Shown here: positions 12,973 through 24,900 of the stretch, one piece after another
Numbering within the stretch: position 1 is the stretch's first letter
Layout of the letters: each line of letters opens with the position of its first letter
Source: Camelus dromedarius
Lineage: Eukaryota
Direction: 5' to 3'
Length of the DNA stretch: 64,000 nucleotides
NCBI RefSeq assembly: GCF_036321535.1
Contig: NC_087462.1
Coordinates: forward strand, 558,001-622,000
Translations under genes and position numbers: made by a program
The notes under the pieces: generated by a model
The model's database searches: none
Told to the model about the DNA's origin: nothing
What the model saw: only the letters and a program-made list of their open reading frames with translations

Positions 12973-15900
12973 AGGACCTCATGGTGTCCCGCCCCAGGCT
13001 CCAAGTGCAATGAGCTGATGGGGGCCCTGGACACCCACCCCATGTCCCACCTGCTCTGGAGGCGCCTGAAGCCACTGGTCCTGGGGAAAGTACTGTTTGC
13101 TCCTGATACGCCCTTCACCCGGCAGCTCATGGCCCAGGTGAGGGTGGGAGGGGTCCCTGGTCTCTGCCTCAGCCCAGGGTAGAGAGCCCCAGACCCTGGG
13201 TGGAGAGGGAATGGGCGTGGGCTACGGCTCAGAGGCACGGGATGGAGCAGAGTGGAGGGAGCGGGAGAGGTGGGCAGGGGTCCTCAGAGGAGGGAAGTGT
13301 CAATGAACAGGCGAGGCCGGCATGGACCTCAGCGCCCACCTCCTACAGGTGAACCGAACTTTCCAGGAACTGGCTGTGTTGAAGGACGTCCAGGAGGTGT
13401 GGGAGCTGCTGGGACCCCAGCTCTTCAACTTCATGAATGACAGTGCAAATGTCGCTGTGCTGCAGGTGGGGCCGGGATGGAGGGTGGCAGATTCACCCCC
13501 ACCTCTCCATACCCATCACCCCCTGCGGAGGACTTGGGCAAAGGGCAGGGCCTTCTGGGCAAGAGTGTGGAGGTGGGATGTGGTGTCCATGGTAAGCTCA
13601 GGCCCCAGGGATGGGAAGAGGTGCAATGGCCCTGAATGCCCAGTGCAGACCCCCACGTTCCACGACACCCCCCAGAAGCTCCTGCAAATCCGGGACAAAA
13701 GAAGGAAGCAGCTAGGACCTGGAGGCCGGGACCAGGTGGAGGCCCTCCGTGCCTTTCTGAACCCACACAGAGGTGGCTACAGCTGGCAGGAGGCCCATGC
13801 TGACATGGGACATCTGGTGGGCATGCTGGGCCGCGTGATGGAGGTGAGGGGCCGTCTAGTAGGGGAAATCTCTTAAGCGGAGAGGCAGCCCCTCTGTGGG
13901 GGTCCGATGGAGGGGTCGGCCCCACTCTGGGGCTCTGAGCAGGAAGCACGGCTTGGCCCCAAGGTCCAGGGGAGGACCCTGGGACTTCGGACCCACACCC
14001 AGGCCCCTCTGCAGTGCGTGACCCTGGACAAGCTGGAGGCTGTGCCCTCAGAGGCCGCCCTGGTGGAGCGGGCCCTGGAACTGCTCTCCCAGCACCGTTT
14101 CTGGGCCGGCATTGTCTTCCTGGGGCCGGAGGACTCCCCGGACCGCACGCAGTTCCCAGGCCCTGGTCCCTTGCGCATCAAGATCCGTATGGACATCGAT
14201 GACGTAACCAGAACCAATAAGATAAGGGACAGGTGGGGGCCTTGTGGGGCAGGGCCAAGAGGACGGGGTCTCCATTGTCTAGAGATGCCAGAGAGCTTCT
14301 CGTCTATCGGAGGTTCCTTAGACCAACTGGGGTCCGTGGTGGGAGGGGCCTATGATGCGTGGGGGGCGTGGCTAAGGGCGTGGCAGGCGGGGTCAACACT
14401 TTGGCTTCTGGGATAAGATGGGAGCCGCTAGCAGCTGGGGCTAGGTGCTTAATTGAGCGCGCATATGAGAGTGGAGCTAAAAGTGTGATGGGCAGGGCCC
14501 AGCCACTCCCTCCAGCCCACCGTCGTGCTCCCCTCAGGTTTTGGGACCCTGGCCCCGCCGCTGACCCCCTGATAGACCTGCGCTATGTGTGGGGCGGCTT
14601 CGTGTACCTGCAGGACATGGTGGAGCGCGCTGCCGTGCACGTGCTCAGCGGTGCCCCGCCCCGCGCCGGCCTCTACCTGCAGCAGATGCCCTACCCTTGC
14701 TATGTGGATGATGCGTGAGCACCCTGTCCTCACTCATTCACCCAGATGCCAGATTCCCGGGTCTTAGGGTGGGGCCTCTGTTCCCTTTGGAATATCCATG
14801 CAGTCAAGGCTGAGAACTACTGGTTTAGAGGGACCACTTCCTGTGACCTGTAATGGGAGGAGCAGGGATCCCTGAGGGTCTGGGGTCTCTGGACACAGGG
14901 AGAAGGTGGCTTGGCAGCTGGAGCCCCGAGGGGCCATTAGGGGTCCGAGGATAAGGGAGGGCAAATGTTTGCTGGCTGCACCTTGGGACCCCGGGGCGGG
15001 AACCATTGTGCTTGATGGGGGCAGCACGGGGTCTTCGGCCTCCACCCCAGCTGCCCCACTGCCTCAGGTTCCTGCGAGTGCTGAGCCGCTCACTGCCGCT
15101 CTTCCTGACGCTGGCCTGGATCTACTCGGTGGCGCTGACCGTGAAGGCTGTGGTGCGAGAGAAGGAGACACGGCTGCGCCACACGATGCGCGCCATGGGG
15201 CTCAGCAGCGCTGTGCTGTGGCTGGGCTGGTTTCTCAGCTGCCTCGGGCCCTTCCTTCTCAGCACCGCGTTGCTCGTGGCCGTGCTCAAGGTGGGCGCAC
15301 CCTGGCCTGCCTGGCTCCAGGATGTGTGTGCTGCACGTGGGAGGATAACAGGCAGGGGGCGCCTCGCGCTGTCGCGTGTCACTGGGCCAATCCCAGCACC
15401 CCCTCAAGCTCCCTTTGACTCCCGCAGCTTGGGGACATCCTTCCCTACAGCCACCCTGTTGTGCTCTTCCTGTTCTTGGCGGCTTTCGCCGTGGCCACGG
15501 TGGTCCAGAGTTTCTTGCTAAGCGCCTTCTTCTCCCGCGCCAACCTGGCGGCCGCCTGCGGGGGCCTCGCCTACTTCGTGCTCTATCTGCCCTACGTGCT
15601 GTGCGTGGCCTGGCGGGACCAGCTGCCGGTGGGCGGCCGCGTCGCCGCGGTAAGAGCCGATCCGGGTGGGTGCCAGGGTGCTGAACACCCTCAGTTGCCC
15701 TTGCTCGCTGACCCACCTACCTCCCTACCCCAACCCGCAGAGCCTTCTGTCACCTGTGGCCTTTGGCTTCGGCTGCGAGAGCCTCGCGCTGCTGGAGGAG
15801 CAGGGCGAGGGCGCGCAGTGGCACAACATGGGCACTGCGCCTACGGACGACGTCTTCAGCCTGGCCCAGGTTTCGGGCCTTCTGCTGCTCGATGCCACTC

Positions 15901-18900
15901 TCTACGGCCTCGCCACTTGGTACCTGGAGGCCGTGTGCCCAGGTGGGCTGTAGGAGGGACACCAGCCCAGGGGAGGCTGGCTGAGAGGCGGGACCCTGGG
16001 TGGGGCGGGGCTGAAAGGCCTTTGGTACCTGGAGGCGGGTCTAGCTGAGTGGGTGGGGCTTCCTTGCCCCTATGCACATGCACACTGGTGGCTGCGTGGA
16101 GGGACAGCCTGGGGCAGGCGGATGGGACTTCCTGGTTACCTCCTACCCGGATGGCCTAATCCCAGGTGTGTGGCCAGAAGCTGGCACACTCCAGGAGGAT
16201 GGGCTCAAGGGGTGACTGAGCACCATTTCCCACAGGCCAGTACGGGATTCCCGAACCATGGAACTTTCCCTTTCAGAGGAGCTACTGGATTAGGCCTCAG
16301 ACCCCCAAGGGTCCCGCCCCGCCCCCTGCCCCGCAGGACCCACAGGGTGAGGCCTGACAAACATTAGCAGCCACTTCCCTGGCCCCCCCCAAAACCGTGG
16401 TTCCCACAGATCCCGATCCTCTGGACACCCCCTAGTTCCCCAGGTCCCCTGGGGCTACCCTGACTCCTACAGACCCCAGCCCGAGAAGTCCCCGACTCCG
16501 CAGACCAGTTTTAAGGGTCCCCAGACCCCCAAGAGCTCCCATGGCTGACTGTACCTTCCCTCCGCAGTGCTGGTGGAGGAGGCACCACATGGCCTGGTTC
16601 CCGGGGTCTCCATACGGGGCCTAGAAAAGCGCTTTCCTGGCAACCCGCAGCCAGCCCTGCGGGGGCTCAGCCTGGACTTCTACCAGGGCCACATCACCAC
16701 CTTCCTGGGCCACAACGGTGCGGGCAAGACCACTACTCTGTGAGCAGCCTGCACTCCCCTCCCTTCCCAGGGGTCATCTGGGGTCGGAAGTTTCCTTTCT
16801 GTACAGTGAGGGTGGGACCCCAGTTCACTTTGGATACGCAATTGGCAGTGCTTTCTTTGAGCCTCATTTTCCGTCTCCTGTAAAATGGGGATATAACACC
16901 CCTTTGGTATGGGCATACAGTTGGCATCCTATAAGTGCTGGTCTCTCTTCTCTGGGAGCCTCGGTTTTCCCCTCTGAAGGAGCAGCTGTTCTGAGACCTG
17001 TGCACCCCTAGGTCCATCCTGAGCGGCCTTTTCCCACCCACTGCTGGCTCTGCCTGTGTCCTGGGCCATGACGTCCGGTCCAGCATGGCAGCCATCCGGC
17101 CCCACCTGGGCGTTTGCCCACAGTACAACGTGCTGTTTGACATGTGCGTCACAGTGGGCCCCGGGGGCGGCAGTGGGAGGGGCTGGGTGTTCTCTGGGGC
17201 CCTGCCAGCCATGGTGGCCACCCTGTCTTCCGCCCGTGGCCTCAGGCTGACTGTGGATGAGCATGTCTGGTTCTACGGGCGGTTGAAGGGTCTGAGCGCA
17301 GCTGCCGTGGGCCCTGAGCAGGACCGTCTGCTTCAGGACGTGGGGCTCGTCCCCAAGCGGCACACACAGACGCGCCACCTCTCTGGTGAGCCCAGCCTGG
17401 TGGGGAGCCTCTGGGTCTGCGGAGGTGAGGCTGGGGGGAGGGGCTGGGACTTTATCCCCAGGGTGGTGGGAAGCCGGAAGGAGATGGGTATCTGGGGGCC
17501 CAGGCGGAGCTGGACACTGAGGCCCAGGTGGGTAGGGAAAGGGGCAGGGAGGAGGGAGGCAGCCCTGCCCGAGGCTGGGGGGGCAGGGTCATGCAAGACC
17601 CCACCCCTGTCCCAACCCAGGTGGGACGCAGCGGAAGCTTTCAGTGGCCATTGCCTTTGTGGGTGGCTCCCAAGTCGTTATCCTGGACGAGCCCACGGCT
17701 GGTGTGGACCCTGCTTCCCGTCGCAGCATTTGGGAGCTGCTGCTCAAATACCGTGAAGGTAAGAGTTGGGGGGTGGCCTGAGGTTCCCCTGGATTCTGCT
17801 TGAGGAGCCAGAAGATGTTTCTGATGAGAAGGTGCTGGGGATGGGGTTTTGAGGGGTGAGGAGGAGTTTACCACATGGGGCAGGCAATTCCTGGCAGAGG
17901 CCTTGCAGCCGGGTGGTACGTGCGGATTGGGTCCCATGCCCAGGTCGCACACTGATCCTCTCCACCCACCACCTGGATGAGGCTGAGCTGTTGGGAGACC
18001 GTGTGGCAATAGTGGCGGCCGGCCGCCTGTGCTGCTGCGGCTCCCCACTCTTCTTGCGGCGTCACTTGGGCTCCGGATACTACCTGACGCTGGTGAAGGG
18101 TCCCCCACCTCTGGCTGCCAGCAAAAAGGTGAGGGCTGACCTCTGACCACTGACCCTCAAGGCTCTGTCCAGACCTGATGGCCATGGCAGTTGGTGCTCC
18201 TCTGTCCACAGGGTGCCACTGACTTGAAGGACAGCATGGATGCCAGGCGGGAAGGGGAGCTGGGCAGCCATGGCAGCACTGCCGGTGAGGGAGGAGCCAG
18301 AGGGAGCGGCTGGTGGTGGCGGTGACTTGGTTCAGGGCAACAGGGTTTTGACCCCAGGCTGGACCCCTGATCCCTGACCCCTGACTATGGGCTGAGTCCA
18401 CACACAAACCTACCCCTGCCCCTGGGTGGACTCTGGCTCTGAGTCCAGGTCAGGTCCTGCCCTCAGGTGCTTAATCCTGACCTCCTCTGCCTTTCGGGAC
18501 AGGTTCCTCATGGGGCACCCAAGCCCCTTCCCCAGGGAGGCTAGGATGGGGGAGGGGCAGGAGCAGAGACTACTTCACTCCTCCGGGGCCCCTCATGTGC
18601 CCCACTGCCCGCCCAGGTGTGCCCCAGCTGCTGGCCCTGGTGCAGCGCCTGGTGCCCGGGGCACGGCTGGTCGAGGAGCTGCCACACCAGCTGGTGCTGG
18701 CACTGCCCTACAAGGGCGCCCTGGACGGCAGCTTCGCCGAGCTCTTCCATGAGCTGGACCTGCAGCTGGGGAAGCTGGGGCTGGCCGGCTACGGGATCTC
18801 TGACACCAGCCTCGAGGAGGTGCGGCTGCTGGGGGAGGTTTGGCAGCGTGGGAGGCGAGCTGCTTGGAGTGGGTGGCGCTTGGCAGGATGAGAAGGAGTC

Positions 18901-21900
18901 CGCTTGTTGACAGCTGGGCATCCATGGGAGGAGGCAGGGCACACGCAGGGGCCTGGAGGCCCAGAGTCCCTTGGGGAGGCCTGGGGACCCACACCAATGA
19001 GGGCTGGGTGGCTCTTGAGTCCCCCTCCCTCCTGTGTGTCTCCAGGCTCTGAGCCCCCTGCTTTGTCTCCCCAGATCTTCCTGAAGGTGGTAGAGGACTG
19101 TGCTACAGACACAGGCCCAGAGGATGCAGCCACAGGTCCCTGTCCCAGGCCCCTGACCCTGGTCCAGAGTTGGACCTGACTTTAGACCAAGTCCCCATCC
19201 CTGGCTGAGCGTGGCCCAAGGCATACCCCCAACCTACATCCTTCGCTCCTGACCCCTCCGTCTGTGAGCCTTGATCTAAACCCAGACCCCAGGCTGAACG
19301 CTGACCCTGACCCCTGCTCCACAGATGGTCAGCACAGGCAGCTCCAGTGCTTGAGGAGGAATTACCCGGAAGTGACCACGCGGCTCAAGATTCTGCCCGA
19401 GGGGTCCGCCCTGGAGAATGGGGAGCTGGGTGAGTTGTCCCCACCCAACCCTGTAGCCCTGTGGCCCCTCCTGATCCCCTCCTGATCAGGGCATGGGCAT
19501 TGACCTCCCACCCCCACCCCCCACACAGCTGGATCTGCCCCAGAGATGCAGGCCCTGCAGAGCTCAGGGCCAGATGCCACAGGCCGGGTCCAGGGCTGGG
19601 CACTGACCCTCCAACAGCTCCGGGCCTTGCTTCTCAAACGCTTCCTGCTGGCCCACCGCAGCCGCCGGGGCCTGTTCGCACAGGTGAGTGGGGCCGGGCA
19701 CCAGGGAGGCAGCTTGGGGGACCCTGGGGGCCTGTAATCCACTCTGTGACCTAATTCAGCCCCCTGATCCCAGGCATATCCCTCACTCTGAACACTTTTA
19801 CTGAGAGCACTGGGGCGCCATGGATGGTTCTAGAGCGGGATCTGGGGAGGCTGGCTGCAGGCAAGCTTGGAGGGTAGACGGCGAGGACAGCTGATGGGCT
19901 GGTCCTTCAGATCGTGCTGCCTGCCCTCTTTGTGGGCCTTGCGCTGGCGTTCAGCCTCGTCGTGCCTCCTTTTGGATACTACCCGCCTCTGCAGCTCAGT
20001 CCCAGCATGTACGGTGCCCAAGTGTCCTTCTTCAGGTGGGCGCAGAGGAGAGAGGGCTGGTGGCGGGAGGGCCAGGGGCCTATGGGTGCAGCCCTGACCC
20101 AGCACCCCCACTCCATGCAGCGAGGATGCCCCAGGCGACCCTGAACGTGCCCATCTGCTCGAGGCACTGCTGGAGGAGGCCGGATTGGAGGGAAATAACT
20201 CCGCCAGGTGAGGGCCTGCCAAGCCTGAACCCTGCTCCTCTCTGGCCTCGGTTTCACTATCTGGACTCTGGCCACTGGGCCCCCGCGGGTGCGGGTGCCG
20301 GGGGCACCCCTGTGCCTGCTTGGGAGCTGGGCACTTCCACATTCGAGGAGCCCAGGAAGCCGGATACCCCAGCCCAGCCCCACCCCTCCCCTCCCCTGCC
20401 CCTGTAGGGCGCCCAAGTGCACCCCGCCCGCTGTCGGCCAGTTCTCGGTGCCCGAGGTTCCTGCAGATGTGGCTGAAGTCTTGGCCAGGGGCAACTGGAC
20501 GCCAGAGTCTCCGTCCCCAGCCTGCCAGTGTAGCCGGCCTGGTGCCCGCCGCCTGCTGCCCGACTGTCCCTCAGGGGCTGGTGGTCCCCCGCCACCCCAG
20601 GCGCCAAGCAGCTCGGGCGAAGTGGTCCAGAACCTAACCGGCCGGAATCTGTCTGACTTCCTGGTCAAGACCTACCCGGGCCTGGTGCGCCAGGGGTGAG
20701 CCGCCGCCCTGGACTCAGCGTGCCCGGCTATAGCATGGGTCCTTGGGTGGAGGAGACGGTCTGGTCTGGGGGGGTCAGAGGTGGATGCCCGGCTTGGGGC
20801 TCTGGGCTGGGGCCTCCCGAGTACCCTCCACTCCTCACCCTTTTCATCTATCTCACTGACTCCCCCACATCTCTGTCTCTTCATCTCAGTCACCTCTCTG
20901 TCTGTCTCTCCCAACAGCCTGAAAACTAAGAAGTGGGTGAATGAGGTCAGGTGAGGAGGGTCCCCGCCTGGGTTCCTTCCTGTGCCCTCTGCCTTCCCGC
21001 TGGGAGACTCTGCTGCCCCATCTGCCCAGGCCCTCAGCCGCCCCTCCTGCCTCCACTGCTCCACAGGTATGGGGGCTTCTCCCTGGGGGGCCGAGACCCC
21101 GGCCTACCCTCAGGGCTTGAGGTGGGTCGCTCTGTGGAGGAGCTGCGGGCCCTGCTGAGTCCCCAACCTGGTGGGGCCCTCGACCGCATCCTGAACAACC
21201 TCACAGCATGGGCTCTCAGTCTGGACACCCCGGACAGCCTCAAGGTGGGAACAGAGCGGGTAGCAGGCAGATGCTGTTGGGGACAGGTCTGACCCCCACA
21301 CTGACTCCTCCACACCCCACCCTAGATATGGTTCAACAACAAGGGCTGGCACGCGATGGTGGCCTTTGTCAACCGAGCCAACAATGCTCTCCTACATGCC
21401 CGTCAGCCACCAGGCCCCACCCGTCAAGCCCACAGCATTATCACCATCAACCATCCACTGAACCTCACCAAGGAGCAGCTGTCCGAGGCTGCGCTGTGAG
21501 TCCCTCTGCCCTGTGTGTCCCCCCGCCTCCGTTTTTCTGGTGTTTTGGGCAGTAGGAGTTGGATTTATGCTCTGCCACACTCCTGCTGTGTAAATGGGGG
21601 TCAGGAACGGCCCCTCTGCACTCCCTAGGCCAGGGTAATGGGACAGCATGAGGCTCCAGTCTCCTCCAACAGCCTGCACATCCTTGTCACATCAACCTCT
21701 ATCCGACGAGAGACCTGCACAACCTCTCCCTGACAAACGACCTGAAATGGCTCAGGCCCCGTCCCCCACCCATGCCCAGCCGTGGGGACCTCTGTCCCAT
21801 TTGTGGCATGCCCAGTTCCGCTCTGAGCTGCTCATTTACCCTCGCCCCCAGGATGGCCTCCTCAGTGGACGTGCTCGTCTCCATCTGCGTGGTCTTTGCT

Positions 21901-24900
21901 ATGTCCTTCGTCCCAGCCAGCTTCACCCTTGTCCTCATCGATGAGCGTGTCACCCGAGCCAAACACCTGCAGTGCATGGGTGGCCTGCCCCCAACCCTCT
22001 ACTGGCTCAGCAACTTTGTCTGGGACATGGTGCGGTGTCTGCCTGGAGGGATGGGGCCCCAGTCACCACTTGTCATTGCCCCTTCTGGGCAGATCATGTC
22101 TAGGATGGCCCAAGTGAAATCTTGGGGATTGTGGGAGACCTCATATCCTGCTACCCAAAGCACAAGGAGGTCAGAGGGTGGGGGGATTACAGTGCTGAGG
22201 ATGCCAGTTTCTGCCCCTGCACACTGAGGGGTGTAACTGCCATCTCCAATGCAGTGTAACTACTTGGTGCCAGCGTGCATTGTGGTCCTCATTTTTCTGG
22301 CCTTCCAGCAGAGGGCGTATGTGGCCCCTGCCAACCTGCCTGCCCTCCTGCTCTTGCTACTACTGTATGGGTGAGGCCCCCAGCCCCTCAGGGCTTGTTC
22401 TTATTGATACCCCCTACCACCTAATACTGTTGAGGGAGATGGGACTCTGTAGCAACTCCTAAGGAGAGGATCTGGAGGTCTGAGTTGACCCCAAGTGTGA
22501 TCTAGTTCAGCAGTGTGCTGAGGTGGCCTTAAAAGCTCATCTTGTCCTGGCCCACATCACAGGAGTCTACAACACAGAATTTGGGAGGGGAGATCTGTAT
22601 TCCTCTCAGGGCTGCTCAGCACCCTGTCTGGGCAGTAAGAGCAACTCCTGTTACCCTTCAGCTGGTCGATCACACCGCTCATGTACCCAGCCTCCTTCTT
22701 CTTCTCCGTGCCCAGCACGGCCTACGTGGTGCTCACCTGCATCAACCTCTTTATTGGCACCAATGGCAGCATGGCCACTTTTGTGCTTGAGCTCTTCTCT
22801 GATCAGGTAAGGGCACCACAAGCCTGGGCCTTGGGCTGGAGTTGGATGGGGGCATCAGCCTCAGCCCCTGACTTATCTCCTTCTTCCTGCCCTTGAGCAG
22901 AAATTGCAGGAGGTGAGCCAGATCCTGAAATGGGTCTTCCTTATCTTTCCCCACTTCTGCCTGGGCCGGGGACTCATTGACATGGTGCGGAACCAGGCCA
23001 TGGCTGACGCCTTTGAGCGCTTGGGTGAGAACTTCCCTCTAGCCATCAATTCTACAGGCAAGGACAAATGACAGCCCCCAGGAAGAGAACTGAAGGTCTT
23101 AGGTGGCCCCAAGAACTGGTGGACCAAGTTAGAAGTGCAGCAAAGCAGCCGTAAAAGTCAATTCCATCTTGGTCACATCACAAGAGGTCTGAGGCCCTAA
23201 ATAAGGGAGATGGTAATGCCACTATTTTCTATGCCAATTAGACCCCAGTTGAGTGGCCTATTCAGTTATTGGTCCTTTCCCTTAAGAACCCAAGGTTGAG
23301 GGGAGGATACAGCTCAGTGGTAGAGTGCTTGCCTAGCATGCATGTGGTCCAGGGTTCAATTCCCAGTACCTCCACCAAATAAATAAACCTAATTATCTCC
23401 TCCACACACAGAAGCATTAAAAACAAACAAACAAAAAGAACCCAAAATAACCCAAATAGAGAGGGACCCAGATCCCAAGCCCCCTAAAATGACCCAATCC
23501 CTCCTTCCTGTCCCCACAGGAGATGGGCAGTTCCAGTCACCCCTGCGCTGGGAGGTGGTTGGCAAGAACCTCTTGGCCATGGTGGTACAGGGGCCCATCT
23601 TCCTCCTCTTCACGCTCCTGCTGCAGCATCGCAATCGCCTCCTGCCACAGTCAGTGTGGACCAGGGAGGGTGGTGCGGTCTGGGGTCTGGCTTTGGGCTC
23701 ACTCATGTCTCTCTGTTCTCAGACCCAAGCTGAAGCCTCTGCCCCCCCTTGGAGAGGAGGATGAAGATGTGGCCCGTGAGCGGGAACGGGTCATGCTAGG
23801 GGATACCCAGGGGGATGTGTTGGTGCTGAGGGACCTGACCAAGGTGGGTGCAGAGTGTGGGCTTGGGGGGCTCCCTCTGGCCCACTCCCCATTCTCATGG
23901 ACCTGTGCCCTTCCCAGGTGTACCGTGGGCAGAGGACACTGGCTGTCAACCGCCTGTGCCTGGGGATCCCCCCTGGCGAGGTAGGTCCAGGGTGGAGGTT
24001 CTGGTCCAGGGCTGAGAGGCTGCCCTACTGTGCACCCCCGCCCCTTACCATGTTTGTGCTTATCTCCCTCTACTGAACACCTACTGTGCACCTGCTGCTC
24101 TTTATTGAGCACTTACTGGCTGTCGACATTTGAGCTTCAATTTTGAGCCAACAAATTCTCATTAAGCACCTACTGCATGCTTACATTTATTGACCCCTAC
24201 TGTGTGCTATCAGGTGTTAGAACAAGCCTACTGAGGACAAATTAATGGTTGAGCACTTGTTGGGCTCCCACATACGTGCCGGTTATATTAATCAAGCACC
24301 TACTGTGTACCAGCATTTACTGACTATGAACTGTATACATTAAAGCATTGTTGAGCCCCCTTGTGTGCACCCAAAGTGTACTGAATGTCACCTTTGTGAT
24401 GGTCAACTTTTTATCAAGCACCAACAGTATTTACTGAGCTCCTACTGTATATGTCTGAGCACTTGCTGACAGCCAGTATCTAGTAGTCACCTGCTTTGTA
24501 CTGATTCACCTTCAAGCAATTACTTTGTGCAGACTTACCTGCTGTGGGCCATTTACTGGCCACCTTCTGGGGGCTGGCACACACCCATGGACACATGTGG
24601 CGTGTTAGTGTCAGTTGTAGTCACTGTGTCGAGTGCCTACTGTGTGTAGCCAACCTCTCCACCTCAGGCTGACTTGCGCCCAGCCTGAATTCTCTCTGGG
24701 TACCATTGCTATCAGGTACCCCATGCGTGGCAGGAAACATTCAGAAATCTCCTGCCCAAATACGTACGGAGCACTGGCTGTGTGCCCGGATGGATTCAAC
24801 ACGGGCTGTGTGCCAACCACCATTCCTGCTAAGTGGCAGCTTTACGTCTACCTGCACACCCCAGTATCTGCCCCAGGGGTCCCCTTGCCCACAGCCGTCC

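Noticed and set aside
23299-23372. tRNA-like A/B-box sequences (also 5450-5522 and 43265-43338)
   Set aside because: No complete cloverleaf; they carry SINE tails and TSDs, so they are tRNA-derived SINEs, not tRNA genes.
24070-24660. Repeat-spacer appearance reminiscent of a CRISPR array (also 61182-61490)
   Set aside because: Mammalian intron, degenerate repeats with irregular spacing, no cas genes.
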